Below, one piece after another: positions 34,438 through 43,847 of a stretch of DNA of 64,000 nucleotides. The notes below the pieces were generated by a model that made no database searches, was not told the DNA's origin, and was given only the letters and a program-made list of their open reading frames with translations. How positions within the stretch are numbered: the first letter of the stretch is position 1; each line of letters begins with the position of its first letter. The position numbers and the translations under genes are program-made. Source of the stretch: an uncultured Prevotella sp. (GTDB lineage: Bacteria > Bacteroidota > Bacteroidia > Bacteroidales > Bacteroidaceae); contig CAZGAT010000010.1 of NCBI GenBank assembly GCA_964523825.1, positions 14,131 to 78,130 on the forward strand. Reading direction: 5' to 3'.

Positions 34438-35316
34438 TTACTTATTTACTTCGTCACGAAACTCACTTGGCTTTAAGCCTGTCTTGTGCTTAAACTTTGT
34501 AGAGAAGTAGTCGGGCGACGAGAAATCGAGTTGATAGGCAATGTCCTTGATATTTATATCTGTTGTAGCCAGCAAGTCCTTGGCTCGTTGCAATTTCAAG
34601 TCCATTTGATAGTATGAAGGCGAAATATCTGTGTATTCTTTAAAGATCCTTCTGAACTTGCTATAGCTGACACCGAGCCGTTTGGCTATCTCCTGTATCT
34701 TCATTGTGTTTTCAAGATTCTCACGAATCATCAGCCTTCCACGGTTTACAAGGTCATAATCGGCAGAATTTTCCATCAGAGTCTCTGAACGTTCGAGAGA
34801 GTACATTAGCCCAATGAGGTAGTTTACCGTCCCGGCAAGTATTTGCTGGTAATGCACGGGCTCGCGTTCGCTAATGTCTATGGCTCGGTTATATGTACGT
34901 ACAATTTCACTATTGTAGCCTACGTTATATATCGGTTTCGTACGCGAGAGAAATCCCGCTTGCACCCTGTCGTCCATATTGTGTCCCTTGAATCCAATCC
35001 AATAGCATTTCCACCCTCTGGAAGTGGGGTGGTATGTATGCCACTCCCCAGGGTAGAGTAAGAAAATGTCGCCGCTGTGCAACTGTGTCGGTTTTATACT
35101 CGCCGTTTGGAATATCCCACCGCCTTCGGTTACATAAAGCATTTGGTATTCGTGAAGGACACGCCCTTTATCGGTGTCGAAATAATAGCCATCGGCATGA
35201 CCTCTGACTGGATATTTCCCTCCAGGGTCTATCTCCTCATAACCGACAGTGGATACAGTTAGTCCCCATTGCATATCGTGGCTGTTGGTAACAAGGTATT
35301 TGAACTTCTTTTTCAT
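34438..35316 (-). CDS. AraC-family transcriptional regulator, RhaR-like (cupin sensor + HTH), divergent from SusC/SusD
   Basis: 292 aa. N-terminal cupin-like HEYQMLYVTEGGGIF..GDIFLLYPGEWHTY. C-terminal AraC HTH IQEIAKRLGVSYSKFRRIFKEYT...IAYQLDFSSPDYFSTKFKHKTGLKPSEFR. Lies in the rhamnose locus. Confidence 0.85.
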   Translation of the reverse strand: MKKKFKYLVTNSHDMQWGLTVSTVGYEEIDPGGKYPVRGHADGYYFDTDKGRVLHEYQMLYVTEGGGIFQTASIKPTQLHSGDIFLLYPGEWHTYHPTSRGWKCYWIGFKGHNMDDRVQAGFLSRTKPIYNVGYNSEIVRTYNRAIDISEREPVHYQQILAGTVNYLIGLMYSLERSETLMENSADYDLVNRGRLMIRENLENTMKIQEIAKRLGVSYSKFRRIFKEYTDISPSYYQMDLKLQRAKDLLATTDINIKDIAYQLDFSSPDYFSTKFKHKTGLKPSEFRDEVNK

Positions 35317-35473
35317 ATTGTTCAGTCAGTACTGAATTAAAGTTTAAGTAGCACAAAGGTAAAGAAAAACAAGCAAAATAGCAAGGCAAACGAGCCATTT
35401 CTTGATTTCGTCTATTCTATTATATGTATGTTGTGGTCGCTTATTTGTCTCTTTGGTCATAAATAAAAGTTTA

Positions 35474-35519
35474 AAAATCAAAAATCAAAGGTAAACAAGT
35501 GTTATAAAATCTATATTTG
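35474..35519 (+). promoter_or_regulatory. Candidate SusC promoter: AAAATCA box (x2), then N31, then -7 box TATATTTG (35512-35519)
   Basis: It has the same AAAATCA-N31-TAnnTTTG geometry as the two promoter modules at 41.3 and 42.4 kb. The leader is about 290 nt long. Confidence 0.45.
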
Positions 35520-35809
35520 CGCATCAACTATATAAAACCGAAAACGGCTCTGAATCTGCCTTCTATGGCGGGCAAGGAGCTTTAAACCAAACCTAATACT
35601 TTTCGACTATGAGCAGAAATAAAAGAAGCAAAAACATTTTTCAAAGTCTTAATAAAGTAAAACGCCATACTTTTGCGCCCTGAAAAGTGAGAAGCGGGCA
35701 CTTCTATGTTCCGGAAGTATGTGTTTTAACGATAAAAACAGCCCGTTTTATCCGACTATTCCTATGGAATGAATATAACTTTAAATAACTGTTTATCACA
35801 TTTACAACT

Positions 35810-38800
35810 ATGCAAACAAACCTAAGAAGATTCGCCTTTACATTATTTATTGTAATGGCATGCAGTCTTGCCGGTTTTGCCCAAAGTCACAAGATTACGG
35901 GTACGGTAAAAGACTCGCAAGGCATGGAAGTAATCGGAGCAACCGTTTCCGTTCCAGGAACCAAGGCTGCTGCCGTTACCGATCTTGATGGCAAGTACAC
36001 GATAGATGTGCCTGCTGGAGCAAGACAACTTAAAGTGTCGTACATAGGGAGCAACGATGCTACGGCAGAAATCGGAAACCGGAGCGTCATTGACTTCGTT
36101 ATGACGGAGCAGGATCAGATGTTGGACGAGGTCGTAGCCATCGGTTACGCCAAAGTCCGCAAGGCTGACCTTACTGGTTCTACTGTAAGTGTCGGTGCAG
36201 ACGATTTGGCTTCACGTCCGGTTGCAACAGCAGCCGAGGCCCTTGCTGGAAAGGCTGCTGGTGTCAACGTCGTCTCGCAGAGTGGTGCTCCGGGTGCCGA
36301 CATCAATATCACCGTCCGTGGTGGTACGTCAATCACACAGAGCACGAAGCCTCTCTACATCGTAGACGGATTTGAAATGGAGGACGCTCTTCAGCAAATC
36401 GACATCAACGACATCGAGACTATCGACATCATGAAGGACGCTTCTTCAACTGCTATCTACGGTGCGCGTGGTGCCAACGGCGTTATCATCATCACCACGA
36501 AGAGCGCGCACGAGGGCAAGACGCAGGTGAGCTACAACACTTATTACAGCTGGAACTGGCTTGGCAAGAAACTCGACGTCCTCGGAACGCTCGATTATGT
36601 CAAGTACCAGTACGAGTACCAGGTGCTGGGTGGCAATGCTGCCAACTTCGCAAGCTTCTATGGTGGTGACATCAATGCCGCCGACTTCTACACTGGAGCT
36701 TACGCGCGTATTAATGAAATGTATGGCAACCGTGCCGGCATAGACTGGCAGGACGAAGTATTTGGAACAGGCTCGTCGATGAACCATAACCTCAGTATCA
36801 GTGGTGGCAATGACAAGACCAAGTACTTGCTTTCTTACAACTACACTGGCGAGGACGGTATTCTCGACCGTCACGGAGTAGACAAGAATTCTATACGCTT
36901 GAAGATTAACCACGAGCTTTGGAAGGGTGTACGTTTCGACTTCTCGACAAGTTTCCAGAACACCAAAGTCAATGGTGGCGGTTCAATGGGTGGAAGTTTG
37001 AAGAACGTTATCCTGCAGCCGGCTACTGGTGGTGTCAACTTCACCGACCAAGAGTTCCTTACCCAGGACATGTCCGACGAAATGCTTAACCTTGACTCAC
37101 AGTATGACATCGACAACCCGATTATCAACAACATGAGCATTACCAACCGCAGCCGCCGCCGTCTGTGGACGATGAATGCCGGTATCGAGTTCGACTTCCT
37201 CAAGGATTTCACTTGGCGTACTGCTGGCAGCTATACTTGGTTGCAGCGTCGTGACGACTATTGGGACGAGGGGCTGACCCGTTCGGCTAAGAACTACGGA
37301 GGTCCTTACGGCTCGCGTGACAATTCGGAACGTTCCACATGGCAGATAACCAACACGCTTAACTGGGCGCACGATTTCGGACTGCACCATCTCAATGTCC
37401 TTCTCGGTCATGAGGTTTATCACCGCGGAACCATGAAGCTTGACAACGAGTATCACAACTTCCCAGAAGCCAACTTCGGACTGAACAACGTCACCATGGC
37501 AACTCCGTTCTCGTGGGAGTCTGGCACAAGCCGCCGCGGACTGGTATCTTTCTTCGGTCGTTTGAGTTACAACTGGAACGAGCGCTACCTCCTCACCGCC
37601 AGCCTTCGTACCGACGGTAGCTCACGCTTCGCACATGGTCATCAGTGGGGGTGGTTCCCGTCTGCATCAGCAGCATGGCGTATAAGTGAAGAACCATGGA
37701 TGCAGAACACGAAATCATGGTTGAGTAACTTGAAACTCCGTGTCGGTTACGGTACGACAGGTAACGACAACATTGACGACAATATGTATGCTACACCTTA
37801 TGCCGTCACTTATTACACCAACGGCAAAGAGGTGATCTCGGGACTGAAGCCAGGTTCTACTGTGGGCAACCCGAACATCACATGGGAGAAGACTTCGACA
37901 TTTGATGTCGGTATCGACTTCGGATTCTTCCGCGGACGACTGAACGGTAGCTTGGATTACTACTACAACCGTTCGAGCAACCTGCTTATCCACAATCAGA
38001 TTCCTACGTCGACGGGATATTCTTACCAGTATCAGAATCTCGCGAAGATTCGCAACACTGGTTTCGAGGCTGTCATCAACTCTACCAATATCCGCACGAA
38101 GGACTTTTCTTGGACGACCGACTTCAACATCTCGTTCAACCGCAACAAGGTTCTGAAGCTCAACAATGGCAGCGACCAGATGATTCAGAGCTACGAGAGC
38201 CGCATGTGGTTCTTGATAGAGGAAGGCGCGTCGCTTGGACGCTTCTACGGCTACAAGACTGATGGCGTCTACACTACCGACGACTTCATTCAGAATGCCG
38301 ACGGCTCTTATACGCTTAAGGACGGTGTGGCTTCGCTTAAGGGTGCCAACCGCAGCAACATCAAGCCGGGCGACATCAAGTACCAGACTCCTGCCGGACA
38401 GACCGACAAGGACGGCAATCCTGTATGGAGCACCGACGACCGCCAGGTTATCGGCGATGCCAATCCGGACTTCACCGGCGGCTTGAACAACACGTTCCGC
38501 TACAAGGGCTTCGACCTTAGCGTATTCCTGACGTTCTCCGTCGGAGGCGACGTGTTCAACATGAACAAGCAGCGTTACATCGGTCCGTATCTGCCAAACC
38601 AGAATACTATTGCCGACATGGCGAACCACTACGTGCTCGTAGACCCGCAGACTGGTCAGGAGACTACCGACCTCGCGCGTCTTGCCGAGCTGAATCCCAA
38701 CCAGTACGACAAAAACCAGATGTGGTCGCTGCACCAGGACAACAAGATAGCCATTTCCGACCCGCTCGACAAGTACATAGAGACGGGCACGTACCTGCGC

Positions 38801-39028
38801 TTCTCTACGATAACGCTCGGCTACACGTTCCCGCGCCAGTGGATGCAGAAGGTGAACATTCAGAACCTGCGCATCTACGCAACGCTCAACAACATAGCCA
38901 CCATTACCGGCTACGACGGCTTCGACCCGGAGGTCAGCGCAACGAGCAGCGCTCTCACTCCCGGCATCGACAACTCGGCTTATCCACGTTCCAAGAGCTT
39001 CGTCCTTGGACTGAACTTAACTTTCTAA
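35810..39028 (+). CDS. SusC/RagA-family TonB-linked outer-membrane transporter
   Basis: 1072 aa. ITGTVKDSQGMEVIGATVSV..DGKYTIDVP, plug MKDASSTAIYGARGANGVIIITTK, ends ..FVLGLNLTF. Confidence 0.95.
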   Translation: MQTNLRRFAFTLFIVMACSLAGFAQSHKITGTVKDSQGMEVIGATVSVPGTKAAAVTDLDGKYTIDVPAGARQLKVSYIGSNDATAEIGNRSVIDFVMTEQDQMLDEVVAIGYAKVRKADLTGSTVSVGADDLASRPVATAAEALAGKAAGVNVVSQSGAPGADINITVRGGTSITQSTKPLYIVDGFEMEDALQQIDINDIETIDIMKDASSTAIYGARGANGVIIITTKSAHEGKTQVSYNTYYSWNWLGKKLDVLGTLDYVKYQYEYQVLGGNAANFASFYGGDINAADFYTGAYARINEMYGNRAGIDWQDEVFGTGSSMNHNLSISGGNDKTKYLLSYNYTGEDGILDRHGVDKNSIRLKINHELWKGVRFDFSTSFQNTKVNGGGSMGGSLKNVILQPATGGVNFTDQEFLTQDMSDEMLNLDSQYDIDNPIINNMSITNRSRRRLWTMNAGIEFDFLKDFTWRTAGSYTWLQRRDDYWDEGLTRSAKNYGGPYGSRDNSERSTWQITNTLNWAHDFGLHHLNVLLGHEVYHRGTMKLDNEYHNFPEANFGLNNVTMATPFSWESGTSRRGLVSFFGRLSYNWNERYLLTASLRTDGSSRFAHGHQWGWFPSASAAWRISEEPWMQNTKSWLSNLKLRVGYGTTGNDNIDDNMYATPYAVTYYTNGKEVISGLKPGSTVGNPNITWEKTSTFDVGIDFGFFRGRLNGSLDYYYNRSSNLLIHNQIPTSTGYSYQYQNLAKIRNTGFEAVINSTNIRTKDFSWTTDFNISFNRNKVLKLNNGSDQMIQSYESRMWFLIEEGASLGRFYGYKTDGVYTTDDFIQNADGSYTLKDGVASLKGANRSNIKPGDIKYQTPAGQTDKDGNPVWSTDDRQVIGDANPDFTGGLNNTFRYKGFDLSVFLTFSVGGDVFNMNKQRYIGPYLPNQNTIADMANHYVLVDPQTGQETTDLARLAELNPNQYDKNQMWSLHQDNKIAISDPLDKYIETGTYLRFSTITLGYTFPRQWMQKVNIQNLRIYATLNNIATITGYDGFDPEVSATSSALTPGIDNSAYPRSKSFVLGLNLTF

Positions 39029-39047
39029 CATAGGGAGGAACAACAAA

Positions 39048-40892
39048 ATGAAAAAAAGCATATTATATATAGGTCTTGCAGCCGTCGCTCTGACAGCCGT
39101 CACTTCCTGTAACGACTATCTCGATATGCCGTCGCAAGAGAAGTTCGACAACCAGACGGTCTTCTCCGATGTCACCAAGGCGGAGATGGCAGTCATCGGC
39201 TGCTATCCATCGACATTCAACCGCGAGTTCTTCTACCAGCTCGGCATGGGCACCGACGAGTGCATCTCTACCGAGAGCCAGTCGAACTCCAAGAACCAGA
39301 TAGCCAACTATGTCTATACGGCTTCCAACGCTCCGACGGGACTCTACAACGCCTCCTACCAGGCTATCGAGTACACCAACGAGTGCATCAAGAAGTTGCA
39401 GGGCATGTCGTCGTCAGACGAGGCTACGCAGAAGAAGCTCAATCACCTGCTCGGCGAGTCGCTTGCCATGCGCTCGGAATGCTATCTGAACCTTGTAAGG
39501 TTCTTCGGCGACGTGCCGTTCCTTACCACTCCTACCGAGGACGCAAGCTCGTTCTATTCTTCACGCACGAGCCGCGACACCATCTATGACCACATCATAG
39601 CCGACCTCCAGCGCGCCACCGAGCTGCTCTCGTGGCAGAGCGAGGGAGTGGTGGAGAGCGAGACCGAGCGTTTCACCAAGAATTCCGCCTACGGACTCCT
39701 TGCCCGCACCGCGCTCTATGCCGCAGGCTACTCGCTGCGCTGGGACTTGAACACCTACGACGCTGCGACCCTCCACATGGGTCAGCGTGACGACCAGACA
39801 CGCATACGCCAGCTCTACCAGATAGCCGCCGATGCCTGCAAGGCCGTCATCGACCGTGGCGAGAACTCGCTGCTGCCGAAGTACGAGACCGTCTTCCGCG
39901 ACATCTGCGAAAAGGTGTTCGACTCCGAGACGATGCTCCAGATTGGTCAGTACGGAACACAGGTCAGCAGTTACAACGTAGGCTATACCAATGGCATATT
40001 CGCACATCAGAAGTCAGTCTATCTGAAGTCTACCCCGATGATGATAGCACTGCCGACCTATTATCTCAGCTTCGCCGACGGCGACCAGCGCCGCAACGTC
40101 GCAGTGTGCAACTACGGCTACGACTCCAAGAGCCAGCGGCTGCTCAACTCGCTGCCAAGCCTGACTATCGGCAAGTTCCGCGTGGACTGGAAGGAGGACA
40201 CTGGTATCAGTGCCAACCGTCGTGAAATGGACTTCCCGCTCCTGCGCTACTCCGACGTGCTGCTCATGTACGCCGAGGCTCTCAACGAGCTTAACAACGG
40301 AGCCAACTCCGCCGCCGTCGACGCACTGCGGCAGGTACGCCTCCGCGCTTTCGGTGGAGACGCAACGAAGGTGGGCACAATCCCTACCGACCACGACGGC
40401 TTCCTCAAGGCCATTCAGCAGGAGCGCGCGTGGGAGCTTGGGTTCGAGGGCTGGCGCAGGACCGACCTCTGCCGTTGGAACATTCTCGGCACGACTCTCG
40501 CCGACACCAAGGCCGAACTCGTGAAGCTCGCCAACTGCGAAGGTCAGTACTCCGTCTTCGCTACGAAGCACTATGCCGCTTATACGCCCGAGACAGCAAC
40601 GTCGCAGGACTTCAAGTGGGCTGGCGACTCGGTAGCGTACACGCTGATTTCAGACAGCGAACAGGCTACCTACAAGAGTAACGGCTACACCGTCATCGAC
40701 CTGTTCAACTCGACGAATTCTCTTGCCAACAACAACAAGAAGATAGTCGCTACCGGCAGCGACGCGGAGTGGATGACGACATCGCTCTTCCGCGGCTACC
40801 AGGCCAACCAGGTCGAGATACTCCCGCTCAACCAGACATCGGTTATCGACATCAACAAGGGGCTTGAGGGGCAGCAGCATCCAGCTTACTAA
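39048..40892 (+). CDS. SusD/RagB-family lipoprotein
   Basis: 614 aa. LTAVTSCNDYLDMPSQEKF N-terminus, and ..LLMYAEALNELNN.. typical of SusD. Confidence 0.93.
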   Translation: MKKSILYIGLAAVALTAVTSCNDYLDMPSQEKFDNQTVFSDVTKAEMAVIGCYPSTFNREFFYQLGMGTDECISTESQSNSKNQIANYVYTASNAPTGLYNASYQAIEYTNECIKKLQGMSSSDEATQKKLNHLLGESLAMRSECYLNLVRFFGDVPFLTTPTEDASSFYSSRTSRDTIYDHIIADLQRATELLSWQSEGVVESETERFTKNSAYGLLARTALYAAGYSLRWDLNTYDAATLHMGQRDDQTRIRQLYQIAADACKAVIDRGENSLLPKYETVFRDICEKVFDSETMLQIGQYGTQVSSYNVGYTNGIFAHQKSVYLKSTPMMIALPTYYLSFADGDQRRNVAVCNYGYDSKSQRLLNSLPSLTIGKFRVDWKEDTGISANRREMDFPLLRYSDVLLMYAEALNELNNGANSAAVDALRQVRLRAFGGDATKVGTIPTDHDGFLKAIQQERAWELGFEGWRRTDLCRWNILGTTLADTKAELVKLANCEGQYSVFATKHYAAYTPETATSQDFKWAGDSVAYTLISDSEQATYKSNGYTVIDLFNSTNSLANNNKKIVATGSDAEWMTTSLFRGYQANQVEILPLNQTSVIDINKGLEGQQHPAY

Positions 40893-40920
40893 TAGTCATA
40901 GTATTTAGGTTTTAGAACGT

Positions 40921-40957
40921 GGGCGGTGACAACATCGGTTGTCGCCGCCCATTTTTT
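40921..40957 (+). terminator. Rho-independent terminator after SusD
   Basis: GGGCGGTGACAAC-atcg-GTTGTCGCCGCCC followed by ATTTTTT. Confidence 0.85.
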
Positions 40958-41049
40958 GTGCCCTTTCCCCGACGGCAAGCCTTGTGTACGTTCTGCCGTT
41001 TGTCAGAGTAGGGCAGGGAATGCTCCATGAACAATCGTGGCGTTCTCCA

Positions 41050-41223
41050 TGGACTTTTGCCTGAATTATGAAAGTGAGACAAAAAAGTGACTTTTGTCAT
41101 TCTCTCAATTGACAAAAGTGAAAATATAAAATGACTTTTGTCACTGATTCATTTCACAAAAGTCACTGTTTAGAATGACTTTTGTCATTTTTTCAATTGA
41201 CAAAAGTGATTTTTAAAAAGTCC
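41050..41223. repeat. Three tandem 44-bp units, each an inverted pair of TGAC(T/A)4GTCA-type half sites, flanked by outer inverted GGACTTTT/AAAAGTCC
   Basis: TGTC cores at 41095, 41139 and 41183. GACA/CACA cores at 41111, 41155 and 41199. Outer inverted repeat at 41051-41058 and 41216-41223. Confidence 0.85.
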
Positions 41224-41300
41224 ACCGTATTTTGGCGCATAGCCGCAACCATGAAAGGGGTGTGCTGCCGAAGATGTGAAACGCCATTGTGGTCGCTTGC

Positions 41301-41370
41301 TTGGCAAATAATGAAGACGCAAAATCATTTTTTCGAGTTCCGTGGTTGGCGGAAAGGCTATATTTGCAAG
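41301..41370 (+). promoter_or_regulatory. Promoter/operator module P1 upstream of the SDR gene (-7 box TATATTTG at 41359-41366)
   Basis: About 54/70 nt identical to module P2 at 42372-42441. Confidence 0.6.
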
Positions 41371-41478
41371 CGGTATGGTGAAGCTCCGCGGGCAGCCATG
41401 TCTTTGTCCGCAGGCATTCTGCCGGATATTGATACCTAAATATGGACTTGATATTCACACATTAATTATTAATCGATT

Positions 41479-42312
41479 ATGAAGAAAGTAGCAGTATTAG
41501 TAGGCAGCGGCTCAATCGGTCAGGCGATTGTGCGCAGGGTGGCGGCAGGCAAGCACGTCGTGCTCGCTGACTATAGTGAGAAGAACGCACAGTCGGCGGC
41601 AAAGACGTTGGAGGACGCCGGTTTCGAATGCTCCACCATACGTGTGGATCTTGGCAGCAAGGATGACATTCTCGCGTTGGTGCGGGAAGCGCAGAAGTAT
41701 GGCGAGGTAAGCAACCTTGTCAATGCCGCAGGCGTTTCACCCTCGCAGGCACTGGTTGCCGAGATTATCCGCGTGGACATGGTTGGTACGGCTGTGCTGC
41801 TTGAGGAGTTTGGCAAGGTGATGGCTGACGGCGGTTCCGGCATCATCATCTCGTCGCAGAGCGGTCACCGACTGCCGGCACTGCCGCAGGAACAGAACGA
41901 CGCACTTGCCATGAGCAAGCCGGAAGACCTGACAAAGCTCGACTTCGTGAAGGCTATCGACGACACGCTGAAGGCATACCAGTACTCGAAGCGTTGCAAC
42001 GTACTGCGTGTGGCGTATGAGGCAGACCGCTGGGCAAAGCGTGGCGCGACCATCAACTCAATCTCTCCGGGCATAATCATCACTCCGCTTGCCAACGACG
42101 AGCTGCACGGTCCGCGCGCCAAGGGCTATCTCGACATGATAGCCGCAAGTCCTGCCCACCGTGCCGGTACGCCCGACGAGGTTGGCGACCTTGCGGAGTT
42201 CTTGATGTCGAGCCGTGGGCGTTTCATCTCCGGCACCGACATTCTCATAGACGGCGGTACGACGGCCAGCTACTGGTATGGCAGCCTCCAGTACCTTAAG
42301 GCTACGCATTAG
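41479..42312 (+). CDS. Short-chain dehydrogenase/reductase (SDR) family oxidoreductase
   Basis: 277 aa. Rossmann motif VLVGSGSIGQAIV, catalytic YQYSK, ..SISPGIIITPL.. Confidence 0.88.
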   Translation: MKKVAVLVGSGSIGQAIVRRVAAGKHVVLADYSEKNAQSAAKTLEDAGFECSTIRVDLGSKDDILALVREAQKYGEVSNLVNAAGVSPSQALVAEIIRVDMVGTAVLLEEFGKVMADGGSGIIISSQSGHRLPALPQEQNDALAMSKPEDLTKLDFVKAIDDTLKAYQYSKRCNVLRVAYEADRWAKRGATINSISPGIIITPLANDELHGPRAKGYLDMIAASPAHRAGTPDEVGDLAEFLMSSRGRFISGTDILIDGGTTASYWYGSLQYLKATH

Positions 42313-42371
42313 CATGACCGGGACGTGAAGTCACATTACGTATCTGAATGTTGGCAGTGTCCTTGTCCGTT

Positions 42372-42441
42372 TAGGCAAATAATGAAGTCGCGAAATCAAT
42401 TTGTCAAGCTTCAAGGTTGGCAAAAATGCTAATTTTGCACG
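42372..42441 (+). promoter_or_regulatory. Promoter/operator module P2 upstream of GH28-rhaBAT (-7 box TAATTTTG at 42430-42437)
   Basis: Paralogous to P1. Overlaps the N-terminal extension of the ORF-track ORF 42417..43832. Confidence 0.6.
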
Positions 42442-42524
42442 AATTAAAACTAATCTGTTGCAATAAATTGGCAACTATGCACTTTATTATTATAGAAAAC
42501 GAACTATACATTTATAATATATAT

Positions 42525-43832
42525 ATGAGAAGGACACTGTTAACAATGTTGAGCCTATTGGCAGTCATGTTTGCCAAGGCGGAGAATTGGCCTGACGGCA
42601 CGAAGATTGACTCATGGTTTGCTAACACATCAAAGGTGGAGGTCGGCAAGCTGGGTCGCCAGTACGTTATAACCGACTATGGAGTGAAGGACGACTCCAC
42701 GATAGTCCAGACCGACGCCATACAGTCGGTCATCGACCGTGCCGCCGCCGACGGTGGGGGAGTGGTCGTCATTCCGAAGGGAACGTTCCTGTCAGGCTCG
42801 CTGTTTTTCACCAAGGGCACCCACCTGCACCTCGCAGACGGAGCCACGCTCAAGGGTTCCGACCGCATAGCCAACTTCAAGATTCTCGAGACGCGCATCG
42901 AGGGCGAGACGTGCCAGTACTTCGCCGCCCTCATCAACGCCGACCACAACGACGGCTTCACCATTACTGGTCACGGCACTATCAACGGCAACGGCTACCA
43001 CTACTGGGAGGAGTTCTGGATTCGCCGCAAATGGAACCGCAAGTGCACAAACAAGGACGCGCAACGCCCGCGCCTTGTCTACATTTCCAACTCAAGCAAT
43101 GTCACAGTCCAGGACGTGCGGCTAATAAACAGCCCGTTCTGGACCAACCACATATACAACTGCGACCACGTCCGCTATCTCGACTGCTACATCTTCGCGC
43201 CGACTACCGGGCTGACGGCTCCGAGCTCCGACGCGCTCGATATAGACAAGTGCCACGACGTGCTCGTTGACGGCTGCTATATGAATGTCAACGACGATGC
43301 CGTAGTACTCAAGGGCGGAAAGGGTACGTATGCCGACACCATGGCTGTGAACGGTCCCGTCGAGCGAGTCATAATCCAGAACTGCCATTACGACACTGTC
43401 AGCGGAATGCTCACCGTCGGTTCTGAGAGCCTGCACGATCGCAACATCATCTTGCGCAATTGCACGACCAACAGTGCCAACCGCGTGCTGTGGCTGAAGA
43501 TGCGTCCCGACACTCCGCAGCAGTACGAGTACATAACCATCGAGAACATAAAGGGAAACACAAAGCGGTTCCTCGTAGTCCGTCCGTGGAAGCAGTTCTT
43601 CAATCCGCAGTCGCGTCCCGACATGCCGGAGTCGTTCTGCAAGCACATAACGTTCAAGAACATCGACATGAAGTGCCGCGACTTTTACGACGTTGCGAAG
43701 AGCGACAAGTACGAGCTGTGCGACTTCACGTTCGAGAATGTCAACGTCACCGACGAGGGCGGAAAGTTTGACCCGTCGATAATCGACGACTGCAAGGTGA
43801 AGAACGTCACGATAAACGGGAAGAAGTATTAA
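42525..43832 (+). CDS. GH28-family pectin-degrading hydrolase (exo-polygalacturonase / rhamnogalacturonase-like, right-handed beta-helix)
   Basis: ORF track starts at 42417. I prefer MRRTLLTMLSLLAVMFAKA (signal peptide) at 42525. Motifs VITDYGVKDDSTIVQTDAIQ, NSPFWTNH, SSDALDID, NVNDDAVVLKGGKG. Confidence 0.85.
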   Translation: MRRTLLTMLSLLAVMFAKAENWPDGTKIDSWFANTSKVEVGKLGRQYVITDYGVKDDSTIVQTDAIQSVIDRAAADGGGVVVIPKGTFLSGSLFFTKGTHLHLADGATLKGSDRIANFKILETRIEGETCQYFAALINADHNDGFTITGHGTINGNGYHYWEEFWIRRKWNRKCTNKDAQRPRLVYISNSSNVTVQDVRLINSPFWTNHIYNCDHVRYLDCYIFAPTTGLTAPSSDALDIDKCHDVLVDGCYMNVNDDAVVLKGGKGTYADTMAVNGPVERVIIQNCHYDTVSGMLTVGSESLHDRNIILRNCTTNSANRVLWLKMRPDTPQQYEYITIENIKGNTKRFLVVRPWKQFFNPQSRPDMPESFCKHITFKNIDMKCRDFYDVAKSDKYELCDFTFENVNVTDEGGKFDPSIIDDCKVKNVTINGKKY

Positions 43833-43847
43833 ACCAATCAGATATAC

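Noticed and set aside
41182-41458. ORFs 41182..41439 (+, 85 aa) and 41213..41458 (-, 81 aa)
   Set aside because: They overlap each other, the hairpin array and promoter module P1. The conserved P1/P2 similarity is at the DNA level (including the -7 box), not in a reading frame.
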